64,000 nt of DNA from Octopus vulgaris (GCA_951406725.2 OX597818.1:55118001-55182000), one strand, 5' to 3'; shown: positions 24,428 to 39,257, counted from the first letter of the stretch. Translations and numbers: made by a program. The notes: a model not told the origin generated them from the sequence alone.

Positions 24428-25348
24428 TATATATATATATATGAGAGGGAAACCACTATGTGGATGCCCTTATGCTAGAAGTAGATCCGCTATGGTCTTA
24501 CCACTAAGAAATGTTCTCAAGAAATAAATTCAGCAAAATAGCCAAAACGTAATCGAGCAAGACAAAAGAAAAGCAATAAAAATATGGATTATTCACATAC
24601 ATGTTTCACTATCACCATATTACGTAATTCAACTTACGCAGGATGTCCGTAGATCTTCGGTGTGACCGTCCAAGTGAATATAATTTAAATTTATACAGTA
24701 CGAGATTGAAAACTCAGCAGCTTGCAGCTGTTGTTACGACACAGAAACAGATGTATTTCGTAATTAAAACCCGTTTCTTCCTTTTTGTATACATTTATTC
24801 TTTATTGGTTTGTGAAAACGAAGTTGATTTATTAGTTAATTACCAATATTTCCCCCTAATCACCGTATTTAATCATATTGTTACTTCTGATGTTGAAAAC
24901 AGAAATGGTTAAACCCGCTCTTGTTATTACATAGATACATAATCAACACCCGTTTATAGTTAATTACATTATTAATTAACATTATTTCCCTTGCAAACAT
25001 TACTATTTAATCAGCTTGTTAATACAAAAACAGCGAACAATGATGTACTCAATATTGCAGGCGTGGCTGTTTGGTAAAGAAGTTTGCTTCCCAATCACAT
25101 TGTTCTGGGTTCAGTCCCACTGCGTGGCACCTTGGATAAGTGTCTTCTACTATAGACTCGGCCGACAAAGACTGATGAGAATAAATACCAAACTTGAAAA
25201 AAAAAACAAAAAAAACCTCACTTAAGTACAGGGGTCGATTTGTTCTATCAAAACCCTTCAAGGTGGTGCCCCAGCATGGCCGCAATCCAGTGACTGAAAC
25301 CCACTTTAAACGATAAAGTTTAAAAGGCTAATCCATACTCTACAATTA

Positions 25349-26140
25349 GGCGCAGGAGTGGCTGTGTGGTAAGTAGCTTTCTTACGAATCACATGGTTCC
25401 AGGTTCATTCCCGCTGCGTGGAACCTTGATTGGGCAAGTGTCTTCTACTATAGCCTCGGGCCGACCAAAGCCTTGTGAGTGGATTTAGTAGATGGAAACT
25501 GAAAGAAGCTCGTCGTATATATGTATATGTTTGTGTGTCTGTGTTTGTCCGCCAACATCGCTAATTTAGCGGTTCGGCAAAAGAGACCGATGGAATAAGT
25601 ATTAGGTTTCCAAAGAGTAAGTCCTGGGGTCGATTTGCTCGACTAAAGGCGGTGCTCCAGCATGGCTGTAGTCAAATGATTGAAACAAGTAAAAGAGTAA
25701 AAAGACTAATTAAATTAGCAAATATTTATTATAATCAAATCATTAGCTGTGTGGTAAGAAGCTTGCTTCCCAAACACATGGTCCCGAGTTCGGTTCCACT
25801 GCGTGTCACCTTCAGCAAGTGTTTTCTGCTATAGCATTGGGACGACCAAAGACTTCTGAGTGGAATTGGTAGACGGAAACTGAAGGAAGCCCGTTGTACA
25901 TGCACATTCATATGACTGTGTGTTTGTGTCTATGTTTTCCCGCGCCGGTGCTGGTGTGTTTGCGTCCCCGTAACTTAGCGGTTCGGCAAAGAGAGACAGA
26001 TCGAATAAGTAGTACCAGATTTGGCAAAAAAAAAAAAAAATAATAATAAAACGGTTCTAGAGTCGATTCATTCAACTAAAAATTCTTCAAGGCTATACTC
26101 CAGCATGGCCACAGTCTAATAAACTGAAACAAATGAAAAA
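25349..26140 (+). mobile_element. Two tandem SINE family A copies (about 25349-25703 and 25745-26140)
   Basis: Two successive head-to-tail family A sequences. Confidence 0.85.
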
Positions 26141-26206
26141 TAAGAGTATTTTATATATGTACCTATCATCTCTCACTCTTATCTGCCTATCTCTCCCTCT
26201 CTCCCA

Positions 26207-26238
<32 letters not shown>

Positions 26239-26254
26239 TCTCTTTTACTTTTTA

Positions 26255-27017
<763 letters not shown>

Positions 27018-28256
27018 TCTATGTGAACTACCTTATTTCTAAATTGTCTCTCTCATTTCTTTATTCTCACCATTGTATTATAATGTCTTTTAATTACCCC
27101 TCTTCTCGTGTTTACTTTAACGTTTCGCTCCTCTAGTTTAAAAAAAAAAAAAGACTTTAAAACTCTCCCTCACCCACCTCCGCCCTTACTGCTTTCTCCA
27201 CCCCACCCCCTCCTTGTCTTTCAAACCCCCCTCCACCTTCTCGCGTAACCCATCTTTCAAACCCACTCACCCCGACCGCCTTTTCTTCTCTCTCTCTCTC
27301 CTCTGTGTCAACTCTCCAAAGATAAACTACAAGCTTTACGTCGTTCATACACAACTATCATTCATAAAAATACTTCTCTACTTCTCGTTTTAACACCGTT
27401 CCTCTCTCGCTCTCTTTCAATCTATCTATCTATCTGTTTATCTGTCTATCTATCTATCTTTCTATCTATTGTGTATGTACTTCTGTATCTCTGTCAGTTT
27501 GTCTCTCTCTCTGTATCTATGTTTCTCCTTTACTCTCAACTCTTACACTATCGCTCCATCTTTCTCTATATAGACACACATACATATATATATTCATATA
27601 TATAATCTACATGTGTATCTCTGTCAGTCTGACACTCTGATCTGTCGCGAGCTATCTTACATTGCTCTCTCTCTCTCTCTCTCTGTATGTATGTATATGT
27701 CTGTATTCTTATAGAGAGAGAGAGAAAGCGATAATAGTTTTTCTCTGTATATCTATGAAAGTTTTTTCTCCTGTCTCTCTCTCTGTCTCTCTCTCTCTCT
27801 TTCGGCGGCTGACTATCTCCTTTCCCGCTCTCTTTCTCTCTCACCTATCTCTATCAGTCTGTCTCTCGTATTCTACCCTTACTCTATCTTTCTTTCTCTG
27901 TATCTCACTCTATCTCTCCCTCCGGCCGACGTTCTATCTTGATTGTATCACTCTCTCTCTCTCCCCCCTCTATTTCTGTATGTATGTGTGTGTGTGTCTC
28001 TCTCCCTTATATTATCTCTCATGCCTTCCCCCCCCCCCCGTGTTTTATTCATCTCTCCCTTACTATCTCTTCCCATTTAAGCTATAAAGATCCATTATTT
28101 TAAACGCCATTTGTATTTACTTTATATATATGTTATATCATGAAAATGTCCTACATATCTCTCTAAGCCTTCTGTCCGTCTTAAACACATTTCTCTCTCT
28201 CACTCACTCCCTCTCTCTCTCACTCCCTCCCTCTCTCTCTCACTCCCTCTCTCTCA

Positions 28257-28287
<31 letters not shown>

Positions 28288-28688
28288 AGCCATCCATTCA
28301 TCCATTTTGCCCCATGTCCTCTTCGACGGCTTCTAGGTAAACGTTCCACTCTGTTACCCCACACTCTCACCCCACACAACTCACGTATGTATGTCGGTCT
28401 TGCCCCAGAAACCAACTTCAGGCGTCACCCCAAACTAATAAAAATCCGGTGTTGCTTTGACACACACTCAGACATGAGCCAAGGACGGCAGCCATATATG
28501 CGTGGTCGCTCAGAGTGCTAGAAACACCAGCCAAATCTGTCTCAAATCGCACCCCCAAGAATATTTATAACCAATAAGGATAATATAGTCGAAGATAATG
28601 GCTAATAAGATGGGGAAGTCACGGTTAGAGCGTCTTTGATTGTGTAAATATGTGTGTATTTGTCTATGCGTATATATTTGTATATATA

Positions 28689-29072
28689 GGCGTAGGAGTA
28701 GCGGTGTGGTAAGTAGCTTGCTTACGAACTACATGGTTCCGGGTTCAGTCCCACTGCGTGGCACCTTGGGCAAGTGTCTTCTACTATGACGTCGGGCCAA
28801 CCAAAGCCTTGTGAGTGGATTTGGTAGACGGAAACTGAAAGAAGCCCGTCGTATATATGTATGTATGTGTGTGTGTTTGTCCCCCCAACATCGCCTGACA
28901 ACCGATGCTGGTGTGTTTACGTCCCCGTAACTTAGCGGTTCGGCAAAAGAGACCCGATAGAATAAGTACTAGGCTTACAAAGAATAAGTCCTGGGGTCGA
29001 TTTGCTCGACTAAAGGCGGTGCTCCAGCATGGCCACAGTCAAATGACTGAAACAAATATAAGAGTAAAAGAG
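28689..29072 (+). mobile_element. SINE family A, full length
   Basis: Complete consensus-like copy. Confidence 0.9.
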
Positions 29073-29397
29073 ATATGTTTTCGTTCATATAACGACCGTT
29101 TTTCCATGCTTTGCACGAATTATTGCACGACTTATTTGAGACAGCAAGTTATGACCAGATGCTCTTCCTGTTGCTAACCCTCAACCTGTGATGCTTTTTT
29201 TATGCGACATCAACACAGGTACTTCTTACAGTCCACTCAGCTGGCAAAAATGAGTAATGCTGCAATGGACTGGTGTCCTGTTCAGCTGGGGAACACATAC
29301 GCCATTGAAACCGGAAAATTGGACCCATGAGACTGGCTAGGCTTTAAAAGGGCGCAAAAAAAAATAGTTTCATGCAGATTTCTGAATCATCATAATC

Positions 29398-29795
29398 ATC
29401 ATCGTTTAATGTCCGCTTTCCATGCTGGCATGGGTTGGATGGTTTAACTGAGAACTAGCAAGCCAGTAGGCTGCACCAGGCTCCAATCTGATCTGGCAAG
29501 GTTTCTACAGCTGGATGCCTGTCCTAATGATAACCACTCTGGTAGTCTAGTGGATGCTTTTTACATGTCACTAGCACAGGGGCCAGTCAGGTGGCCCTGG
29601 CATTGACCATACTCAAATGGTGCTTTTTATGTACCACTGGCACAGGGGCCAGTCAGGCAGCACTGCCATTGACCACACTTGAATGGTACTTTTTACATAC
29701 CACCGGCACAGGGGCCAGTCAGGTGGCACTGGCATTGACCATGTTCAAATGGTGCTTTTTACATGCCACCAGCACAGGAGCCAGTCAGGCAGCGT
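29398..29795 (-). mobile_element. Family D retroposon with internal ~63-bp tandem repeats
   Basis: (CAT)n tail and D body, then repeated GCACAGGGGCCAGTCAGG...CATTGACCA...ATGGTGCTTTTTA units. Confidence 0.8.
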
Positions 29796-30289
29796 AGTTA
29801 ACAAAAATCTTCAATCTTCAGCCTTACCAAAACTCTGTATATGTGCACGAGTGTATTGCAAATGGTAAATCTAGTAGTTACCATTGAGGTATCTTGAAAC
29901 AGATTTGATGAAGGATTATGGAGGGGATAGACAGCTGGAATATGTAGGTTAACTGGAACGGGTGGGGTGGGGTAGGTTAACTTCTGCTCCTACTTTGGAG
30001 GTCTCTGGAGACTTGAATGTTGGCAACTTTTTGGCATCCAGTTTTGTTGCATCTCTTCGTAAAAACTGAAACATAACAAGAGCTGCGTCTCTGAAGAAGA
30101 GTCTGCTGTGAACCTGTTGGTGGTGGTGGCGGCGGCGGTGGAATCGTCTTCGTCAAGCAGTATGTTGCATCGGTGCATGAGTGAAATGTAGTGTAGTTTT
30201 ATTTCTATCTTTAGAGTGCATGCCTTGCTATGATCACATATGGGGGTAATTTGCCATGTGTGTGTGTTTATAGATGTATGTACGTGTTT

Positions 30290-30670
<381 letters not shown>

Positions 30671-30671
30671 C

Positions 30672-31063
30672 TCTTTACTCTTTTACTTGTTTCAGTCATT
30701 TGACTGCGGCCATGCTGGAGCACCGCCTTTAGTCGAGCAAATCGACCCCGGGACTTATTCTTTGTAAGCCCAGTACTTATTCTATCGGTCTCTTTTACCA
30801 AACCACCAAGTTACGGGGACGTAAGTACACCAGCATCGGTTGTCAAGCGATATTGGGGGTACAAACACAGACACTCAAAAATATACACACACATTTACAT
30901 ATATATATACGATGGGCTTCTTTGAGTTTCCATCTGCCAAATCCACTTTGGTCGGCCTGAAGTTATAGTAGAATACACTTGCCCAAAGTGTCATACAGTG
31001 GGAATGAACCCAGAACCATGTGGTTCATAAGCAAGCAACTTACCACACAGCCACTCCTATGCC
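30672..31063 (-). mobile_element. SINE family A, full length
   Basis: Reverse complement of the consensus. Confidence 0.9.
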
Positions 31064-31281
31064 TTTAATAATAATGCTTTTTCTTTTTTATTGATAGTAT
31101 TAATAATAGCATTAGTATTGGGTATCCAAAAAGCCTCTCAGCAGTAAGTATTTTATTGCAAAATAAATATTTACAAGATGGTATAAGACTATAAAAGAAT
31201 ATATTAGATTTTACAAGACTTTGAAAAACTTTATAAGAGGTGTAAAATATATATATATATATACACATACATATATATATT

Positions 31282-31500
31282 CTCTTTACTCTTTTACTTG
31301 TTTCAGTCATTTGACTGCGGCCATGCTGGAGCACCGCCTTTAGTCGAGCAAATTGACCCCAGGACTTATTCTTTGTAAGCCTAGTACTTATTCTATTGGT
31401 CTCTTTTGCCGAACCGCTAAGTTACAGGGACGTAAACACACTACGATCGGTTGTCAAGTGATGTTGTGGAGACAAACACAGAGACACAAACATACATACA

Positions 31501-31536
<36 letters not shown>

Positions 31537-31774
31537 TATACATAACAGGCTTCTTTCAGTTTCTGTCTACCAAATCCACTCTGGCTCTGTAGTACAAATG
31601 TCTTGTTTTCATAAGTTTTGAAATAAAATCTTCCACCAAACCTTAGTCACAATTGATGTTCCTAACACTAGCTTTATGATAACTAAGTTATTTTACTAAA
31701 TTCTTTGTTATATTTAAAATTAATTGAAAGAAACACAGAACATCTCAACAGAAATACAGTAACAAAAGGGTTAA
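31282..31774. mobile_element. Chimera: SINE A 3' part (minus, 31282-31579) joined to a truncated piggyBac-like MITE G1 (31580-31770)
   Basis: SINE A sequence switches at AAATCCACTCTGGCTC into MITE G1, which ends GTAACAAAAGGG-TTAA. Confidence 0.75.
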
Positions 31775-31794
31775 AAAAACTTTATAAGAGGTGT

Positions 31795-32148
31795 TGAAAT
31801 TTAATTTCTTTTTTATTGCCGTCTGAGCACTTCCAAGGCTGCTTTCCGTTTCCCGTGACAATTTGTGTAAGGACTTTGACGGACTTGCCAACAGTTTATC
31901 AGAACTATCGGAGACTGTTTCGTCTGAAAGAATGGTAGTCCTACCGCTTCTTTCTGCATCTTCCACTGAGCCTGTGTTTCTAAATTTTCTTATCAAATCC
32001 CACACAGTGTCACGATGTGGAACAAACAGCATTTGGGAAAGTTCCACTGAATTTCTGTTTCACAGTATCTGTGTATTTGCTTCCAGCTCGAAACTACCAT
32101 TCAACTAAAAACGTACATTTTTCAATGGTTAGCATCACAGCACCCTGT
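31795..32148 (-). pseudogene. Tc1/mariner superfamily (maT/rosa-like) transposase 5' remnant
   Basis: Minus strand TA-CAGGGTG terminus. Frameshifted N-terminal HTH region VPHRDTVWDLIRKFRNTGSVEDAERSGRTT...SPSKSLHKLSRE. Confidence 0.75.
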
Positions 32149-32351
32149 ATTCATTATCATCATCATTGTCATCATCATTTAACGTCCGCTTTCCATGCTG
32201 GCATGGGTTGGACGGGCAGAGTTTCTACAGCTGGATGCCCTTCCTAACGCCAACCACTCTGAGAGTGTAGTGGGTGCTTTTACATGCCACCTACGCAGGA
32301 GCCAGTCCAGCGGCACTGGTGACGACCTCATAGTAGTATTAGTAATACTGT

Positions 32352-32561
32352 TGGTACGCCGGGCGAAATGCGTAGCCGTATTTCGTCTGCCGATACGTTG
32401 TGAGTTCAAATTCCGCCGAGGTCGACTTTGCCTTTCATCCTTTCGGGGTCGATAAATTAAGTACCAGATATGCACTGGGGTCGATATAATCGATTTAATC
32501 CGTTTGTCTGTCCTTGTTTGTCCCCTCTATGTTTAGCCCCTTGTGGGTAGTAAAGAAATAA
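32352..32561 (+). mobile_element. SINE family B copy
   Basis: Family B body and tail TTTAGCCCCTTGTGGGTAGTAAAGAAATA. Confidence 0.85.
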
Positions 32562-33382
32562 GTATTAGTAATACTAGCAATAAACCTCAGTGTTTTGTAT
32601 AAGTAAATAATCTCTGTCTGTGTTCATAGTCCAATGATATTAATTAGATTGAATGGTGTGAGAAAACCTCAACTTGAACATATTGAAACTGTGTCTTAGA
32701 AATGTGTGGATCAATGAGCAATGTTTTCGTGTTCACTGGTTCATCTTACATGGAAAATAATTGAGCTCACTTCCTCCTTTGGTTGTTCGCTGTTGAGGGT
32801 TTTTCATTGGTTCAATGAAGTCGACCAATCAGCGGGTCAGATTTCAATATTTTATTTGATACCCCAATTGCTTGGTTGTAGAGCTGCTGCTGTTGTGATT
32901 TCGAGGGTGCCTTGATATGGGGTTAAAAAGTGGAAGAGGGTGAGCTTAGCAGAAGGGCCGGATTGTTGTTGTTATTTGTAGTTGTTGTTTAACACCAGGT
33001 CAACCTTAATTAGGTAATACATGCTCTAATCACCTCAATCATCTTTGATCATACAGACCTATGATCAAAGACAATCTAAATGTGACTCTCACGTTTTTTT
33101 GTTTTTATTCAGACACATTATATCTAGGACAACATTATAAAATTTTTCTTTTCTTTAAGATAGTAGAGTACAATTTGAGGGAGATTTGGGAACATTTGGC
33201 TGCTATTTCTGTAGTTTAGGTGACTATATAGAGCAGGCCTGGCCAACTCGAATTACACTGCAGGCCACTTTAATCACAGAAAGTTTTTTGAAGGCCGCTT
33301 GTATACTTTATGTATTAATAGTCAAATAATCAAATTACAGAATCAAGAATTTTTCATACATTTCATTTACTCTTTTAGTTTT

Positions 33383-33755
33383 TTACTTGTTTCAGTCATT
33401 TGACTGTGGCCATGCTGGAGCACCACCTTTAGTTCGAGCAAATCGACCACAGGACTTATTCTTTGTAAGCCTAGTACTTATTCTGTTGGTCTCTTTTGTT
33501 GAACTGCTCAGTTTCGGGGGCATAAGCACACCAACTTCGGTTGTTAAGCGATGATGGGAGAACAAACACAGACACAAAGACACACATACATAAATATATA
33601 TACATACATAATGGGCTTCTTTCAGTTTCCACCTACCAAATCCACTCACAAGGTTTTGGCTGGTCCGAGACTTTAGTAGAAGTCACTTGCCTAAGGTATC
33701 AGGCAGTGGGACTGAACCCAGAACCATGTTGTTGGGAAGCAAGCTTCTTACCACA
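33383..33755 (-). mobile_element. SINE family A copy
   Basis: Reverse complement of the consensus. Confidence 0.85.
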
Positions 33756-34182
33756 AAGCGCCCCCTCTGTGCCTTAATTTTAATGGTTCTACAAGCTCAC
33801 CATGTTAAAAAGAAAGAAAAGCTAGGAACCCCTTCTTAGTAGTTATCACCAAATGTCAGTGGGGCCACTTTTTAATAACAAGTTGAGAACATGAGTGGAG
33901 GGTGGGATGGAGTGATTCAGTTGTCAGCAGGAGGTTGGCATTTTTTTTTCTTTACAAGCACCATTAGTTCTTACATTATTTCAACCTTCACTTCAGTGAG
34001 TGACACTTGAGAAATATAAGTGAAACTCTAGCCTCAAGCATCATTTATCCTGAGAGATAATTATATTTAAAGTAGCACCTTCCTTCTTCTGAAAAATGAT
34101 AGATAAACTCCTCTCTGGATATCTACAGAGAGATTCTGCCAGCTCACTGCCTTAATAATAATAATAACAATAATGCTTTCTA

Positions 34183-35515
34183 TTGGGTTGTCTGGAAAGT
34201 TCATGCCGATTCATAGTAGCTTGTTGAGGCAAGTGAAATCAAAACCAAAATCAATTCGATGACTGGCATCCATGCTAGCGGGGTGCAAAGAGCACCATAT
34301 GAGTGTGATCGTTGACAGAGCGGCTAACCAGCTTCCGTACTAGTGGCACATAAAAGGGCACCATTCGAGTGTGATCATTACCTATTTCTTTATTACCCAC
34401 AAGGGGCTAAACACAGAGGGGACAGACATAGGTATTAAGTCGATTACATCGACCCCAGTGCGTAACTGGTACTTAATTTATCGACCCCGAAAGGATGAAA
34501 GGCAAAGTCGACCTCGGCAGAATTTGAACTCACAACGTAACGCAGACGAAATACCGCTAAGCATTTCGCCCGGCGTGCTAACGATTCTGCCAGCTCATCG
34601 CCTTACTGGCACTTGTGCATGTGCTAGTAGGGTGCTAATCCGAGCGTGATCGTTGCCAGAGCAGCCAACTGGCTTCCGTACCCGTAGCACATAAAAGGGC
34701 ACCATTCGAGCGTAATCATTGCCAACGTCGCTTCACTGGCACGTGTAAAAAGATTCGAGCGAGGCCATTGCCAGTACCACCTGACTGGCGCCCATGCTGG
34801 TGACATGTAAAAAGCATCCACTACACTCTCGGAGTGGTTGGCGTTAGGAAGGGCATCCAGCTGTAGAAACTCTGCCAGATCAAGTTTGGAGCATGGTGCA
34901 GCCATCTGGTTCGCCAGCCCTCAGTCAAAATCGTCCAACCCATGCTAGCATGGAAAGCGGATGTTAAATGATGATGATGAGGATGATGACCTTTCCACTA
35001 AATTTAGAACATGGTTGAGTCCATAAAATAGGATTTGACTACACCTCCATTTAGAGCACAGTTTAAGCTATCTTTTCGTGGAAGAAGGTTTATGTTCCTA
35101 TTTACCTGTGTTAATTCTGTAACCCTTTCAAATGGAAGATAAGAAAGTTCATTTTCGGAACTTGATGCTTTGGGAACCAGACAAAAATTGCTGCAGCTCG
35201 GCTGGGATGTGTTACCCCACCATCCATATTCACCAGATATTGCTCCTTTGGATTTCCACTTATTCAGGTCTCTGCAGAATAGACTTAATGGTAAAAATTT
35301 CAATTCCTTGGATGACATAAAAAGGTACCTTGATGAATTCTTTGCCATGAAACCACCTCAGTTCTGGGAAGAAGGTATTTTCAAGTTAAAGGAAAGATGG
35401 AGACGCATTGTGCAACAAAATGGTTCGTATTTGGTTGATTAAAAATGTAATGGCAAGTATTTATTGACCTTTTTCTTTCCTTTAAAAATCGGCACAAACT
35501 TTCCGAACAACCTAA
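34183..35515 (+). mobile_element. Internally deleted mariner (DD34D) transposon with nested retroposons
   Basis: TA-flanked TIRs TTGGGTTGTCTGGAAAGTTCATGCCGATT / AATCGGCACAAACTTTCCGAACAACCTAA. Nested family D at about 34222-34989, itself containing SINE B at about 34381-34603. Confidence 0.85.
35132..35442 (+). pseudogene. Mariner transposase remnant (N-terminal start joined out of frame to the C-terminus)
   Basis: MEDKKVHFRNLML, then a different frame reading LGWDVLPHHPYSPDIAPLDFHLFRSLQN...GIFKLKERWRRIVQQNGSYLVD*, containing the mariner YSPDLAP-type motif. Confidence 0.9.
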
Positions 35516-35517
35516 TA

Positions 35518-35878
35518 CTATAGGCACAAGGCCTGAAATTTTGTGGGAGGGGACTAATCGATTACATCGACCCCAGTGAGTGACCCTGGAAGGATGAAAG
35601 GCAAATCAACCTTAGTGGAATTTGAACTCAAAACATAACAGCTGACGAAATACCTATTTCTTTACTACCCACAAGGGGCTAAACACAGAGGGGACAGACA
35701 AACGGATTAAGTCGATTATATCGACCCCAGTGTGTAACTGGTACTTATTTAATTGACCCCAAAAGGATCAAAGGCATAGTCGACCTCGGCGGAATTTGAA
35801 CTCAGAACGTAACGGCAGATGAAATACCGCTAAGCAGTTCACCTGGTGTACTAACGGTTCTGCCGGCTCACCACCTTA
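35518..35878 (-). mobile_element. Tandem SINE family B copies
   Basis: Two successive reverse-complement B units. Confidence 0.8.
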
Positions 35879-36304
35879 ATAATAGTGATAATAATACCAA
35901 TAATAATGATTCCAAATTTTGGCACAAGGCCAGCAATTTTAAGGGAGCAGGTAAGTCAATTGCATCATCCCCAATACTCAACTGGTATTTATCTTATTGA
36001 CTCTGAAAGGATGAAAAGGAAAGTCAGCCTTGACAGAATTTTGAACCCAGAACATTAAGGGCCAGGAGAAATACCACTGTGCATATTATCCAACTCGTTA
36101 ATGATTCTATTAGTTGCTTTCTAATTAATTTTGAGCGGGAGGAGGGCGGTTTAATTGGGGCCATTGACCCCAGTAATTCACTGGGGTACTGTTATTTTAT
36201 TGACCCTTGGATGGATGAAAGGCATGATGGGATTTGAACTCAAAACTTGAAGAATCAGAAGAAATACCCAGAGCTGGAAGTAATGCCACTAAGCATTTTG
36301 TTTG

Positions 36305-36600
36305 ACACACCAATGTTTGGGAAATGCAAGCACAATACTGCCCTCCTGGTGAAGCAGCACCAACAGAGACACCACCTTCAATGAACCAGACAGGATTGCT
36401 GAAGCACAAAGAAAACACAGACTCCACAAGTCCAGAGGTGGCACGTTGTCTTCTGTCCCAACTGTCCACCAGTGCCTGATCTGTGATAGGGCCTTCCAAG
36501 CACACATCAGACAGGTTAGCCACAGTTGGACACAATGCGAACTGGCTTCTTCTCCGATGTGATGTCCTTGGTCAACAACAATGGACAAACGAATAAAATA
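36305..36600 (+). pseudogene. RTE-clade LINE 3' end (ORF C-terminus with zinc-finger-like motif)
   Basis: Translates as EPDRIAEAQRKHRLHKSR...HQCLICDRAFQAHIRQVSHSWT, like the RTE C-terminal CxxCxRxF...SH motif, followed by a short 3'UTR and (AAT)n. Confidence 0.65.
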
Positions 36601-37408
36601 ACAAAATAATAATATAATAATAATAATAATAAAATATAGAGCTGTATTAAAATAATAATGGCTTCAAATTTTGACTCAAGGCCAGCAATTTTGAGGAAGA
36701 GGCTAAGTCGAATTACATTCACCCCCAGGGCACAACTGGTACTTATTTTATCATCATCATCATCGTTTAACATCCACTTTCCATGCTAGCATGGGTTGGA
36801 TGATTTGACTGAGGACTGGCGAACCAGATGGCTGCACCAGGCCCCAGTTTTGATCTGGCAGAGTTTCTACAGCTGGATGCCCTTCCTACAACCACTGAAA
36901 AGATGGGTGAGTGGAGGGGTTGACCAACCATGGCTGTATTTGAACCCAGAACATAGGGATGTTAATGACATTTTGTCTGCTGTGCTAACAATTGTGCCAG
37001 CGTGCCTCTTTTTATAATACTTGTCTTAAAGAGCATTCAATGTTTATTTCACTAATCATATCACTAAAACGAAACTAACGGCATTCCAGCCATGACCTCT
37101 CCAACTGTGTGGTTTTTTTTTTTTTTTTTTTTACAAGCATAGTGTTTTTTTGGACACCACTTTCCAATTTATTCTTTATGAAGATCATAGGGTGTAAATT
37201 TTAGAGGGATTTGTAATATGAGAGCCTGCTTTTTCTAGTCTGCTGGGCAACCACATAGGGTCACCCTCATTGGTTCATTCCTGGCACTGTTGTTCTTGGT
37301 TGGTGGTAAATACAGAATGGGAAACAGATTCCGGAATAAGTCATTCCGATCAGATGTCTTGGAGTTGACGCTCACCATGATAAGATGCTAATGAGAAGCT
37401 GGTAACCA

Positions 37409-37417
37409 GTGTGTGTC

Positions 37418-37461
<44 letters not shown>

Positions 37462-37908
37462 TTTGTGTGTGTGTTTTTATGTGTGTGTGTGTTTTTATAT
37501 TTGTGTGTGTGTGTGTGTGTTTATGTGTGTGTGTGTGTGTGTGTGTGTTTTTATATGTGTGTGTGTGTTTTTATATATTTGTGTATGTGTGTCTGTGCTT
37601 GTATATGTTTGTGTTTATATATTATATGTGTGTGTGTGTGTGTGTGTATACATGCACACACAGTGTGTAGTATGTATGTGTACGTATAGATATGTTTACA
37701 TGTATTTTTGTATGAATGTAGGTAAGTGTACATATAGATATATGTGTGTGTATGTATGTGTATAGATACATATATATGTGTGTGTGTTTGTAACTGTCTA
37801 TATTCATATATTTATGTATATAATATTTATGTATTTACATTTTTGTATATATATATATGTCATGTATATATTCATATATATGCTTGTGCATGTATGTATC
37901 TATATATA

Positions 37909-37952
<44 letters not shown>

Positions 37953-38000
37953 GGATAATAAAACATAAATATGTCATGTATGTTCATATATATGTTTGTA

Positions 38001-38045
<45 letters not shown>
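37409..38045. repeat. Degenerate (GT)n/(TA)n microsatellite field
   Basis: Direct reading. Confidence 0.95.
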
Positions 38046-38279
38046 AAGCCTGTGGGCATGATCTGGTCCCTTCTCCCCCACCCTCCTTATCACAAACAAT
38101 CCTTGCATTCTTCTGGTCATAACTCACTTATTATCTTTTATGATGAAGGGTGAGTGCTTATCTTTTCCTAGAATTCATTTATCTTAGTCTCCAGAGATCC
38201 CCCATCTATTAGAAGCAGAAGGGACCCCATATAACTTTCACATATACACAAGTATATATGTGCCTATATATATATATTC

Positions 38280-38332
<53 letters not shown>

Positions 38333-38334
<2 letters not shown>

Positions 38335-38512
38335 TGTTGGTGTGGCTGTGTGGTAAGAAGCTTATTTCCCAACCACATAGTTCAGTGTTCAGTCCCACTG
38401 CATGGCACCTTGGGCAAGTGTCTTTAGCTATAGTCCTACGTACCATGCAGTGGGACTGAACCCGGAACCATGTGGTCAAGAAGCATACTTCTTACCATAC
38501 TGCCATACTTGC
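38333..38512. mobile_element. Two SINE A heads in inverted orientation forming a hairpin
   Basis: 38341-38408 is reverse complementary to about 38441-38505. Confidence 0.75.
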
Positions 38513-38547
38513 ATATATCTGTGATTTTCATTTGTGATTTACGTGTA

Positions 38548-38933
38548 GGCGTTGGAGTGGCTGTATGGTAAGTAGCTTGCTTACCAACCACATGGTTCAG
38601 GGTTCAGTCCCACTGCATGGCACCTTGGGCAAATGTCTTCTACTATAGCCTCGGGCCGTCCAAAGCCTTGTGAGTGGATATGGTAGATGGAAACTGAAAG
38701 AAGCCTGTCGTATATATGTATATATATATATGTGTCTGTTTGTGTGTAGATGTTTGTCCCCCCCAACATCGCTTGACAACCGATGCTGGTGTGTTTACGT
38801 CACCGTAATTTAACAACTTAGCGGTTCGGCAAAAGAGACCGATAGAATAAGTACTAGGCTTACAAAGAATAAGTCCTGAGGTCGATTTGCTCGACTAAAG
38901 GCAGTGCTCCAGCATGGCCGTAGTCAAGTAAAA
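38548..38933 (+). mobile_element. SINE family A, full length
   Basis: Consensus-like copy. Confidence 0.9.
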
Positions 38934-39257
38934 GTGTGTGTGTGTGTGTGAATTTCACTCTCTCAACTTCTCTAAAAGACCAATTTCTTGGCTTTATGTC
39001 ACCATTGTTCTTCCATATTTGCCCTTTACAAAACCACCCATCACCATTCATACTGTCAGGTGATTGGCTAAATGATCTGATAAAATGTAGGGTCATGTGC
39101 TCCGTCTGGTCCTTTGTCACCAAGGACTTTTTGATCTCTCTAGTGTTAGTACCACAGATTCATGAAATGGTTGATTGCATGCTAATGACCTGATAAAATC
39201 TAATATAGATTTTATCCTTAATTTTAAAATAATATATATATATACACCCACACATGC

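Noticed and set aside
25172-25200. CTGATGA as a hammerhead core
   Set aside because: Mutated SINE A segment (ACCGATAGAATAAGTAC); no stem II or properly placed GAAA.
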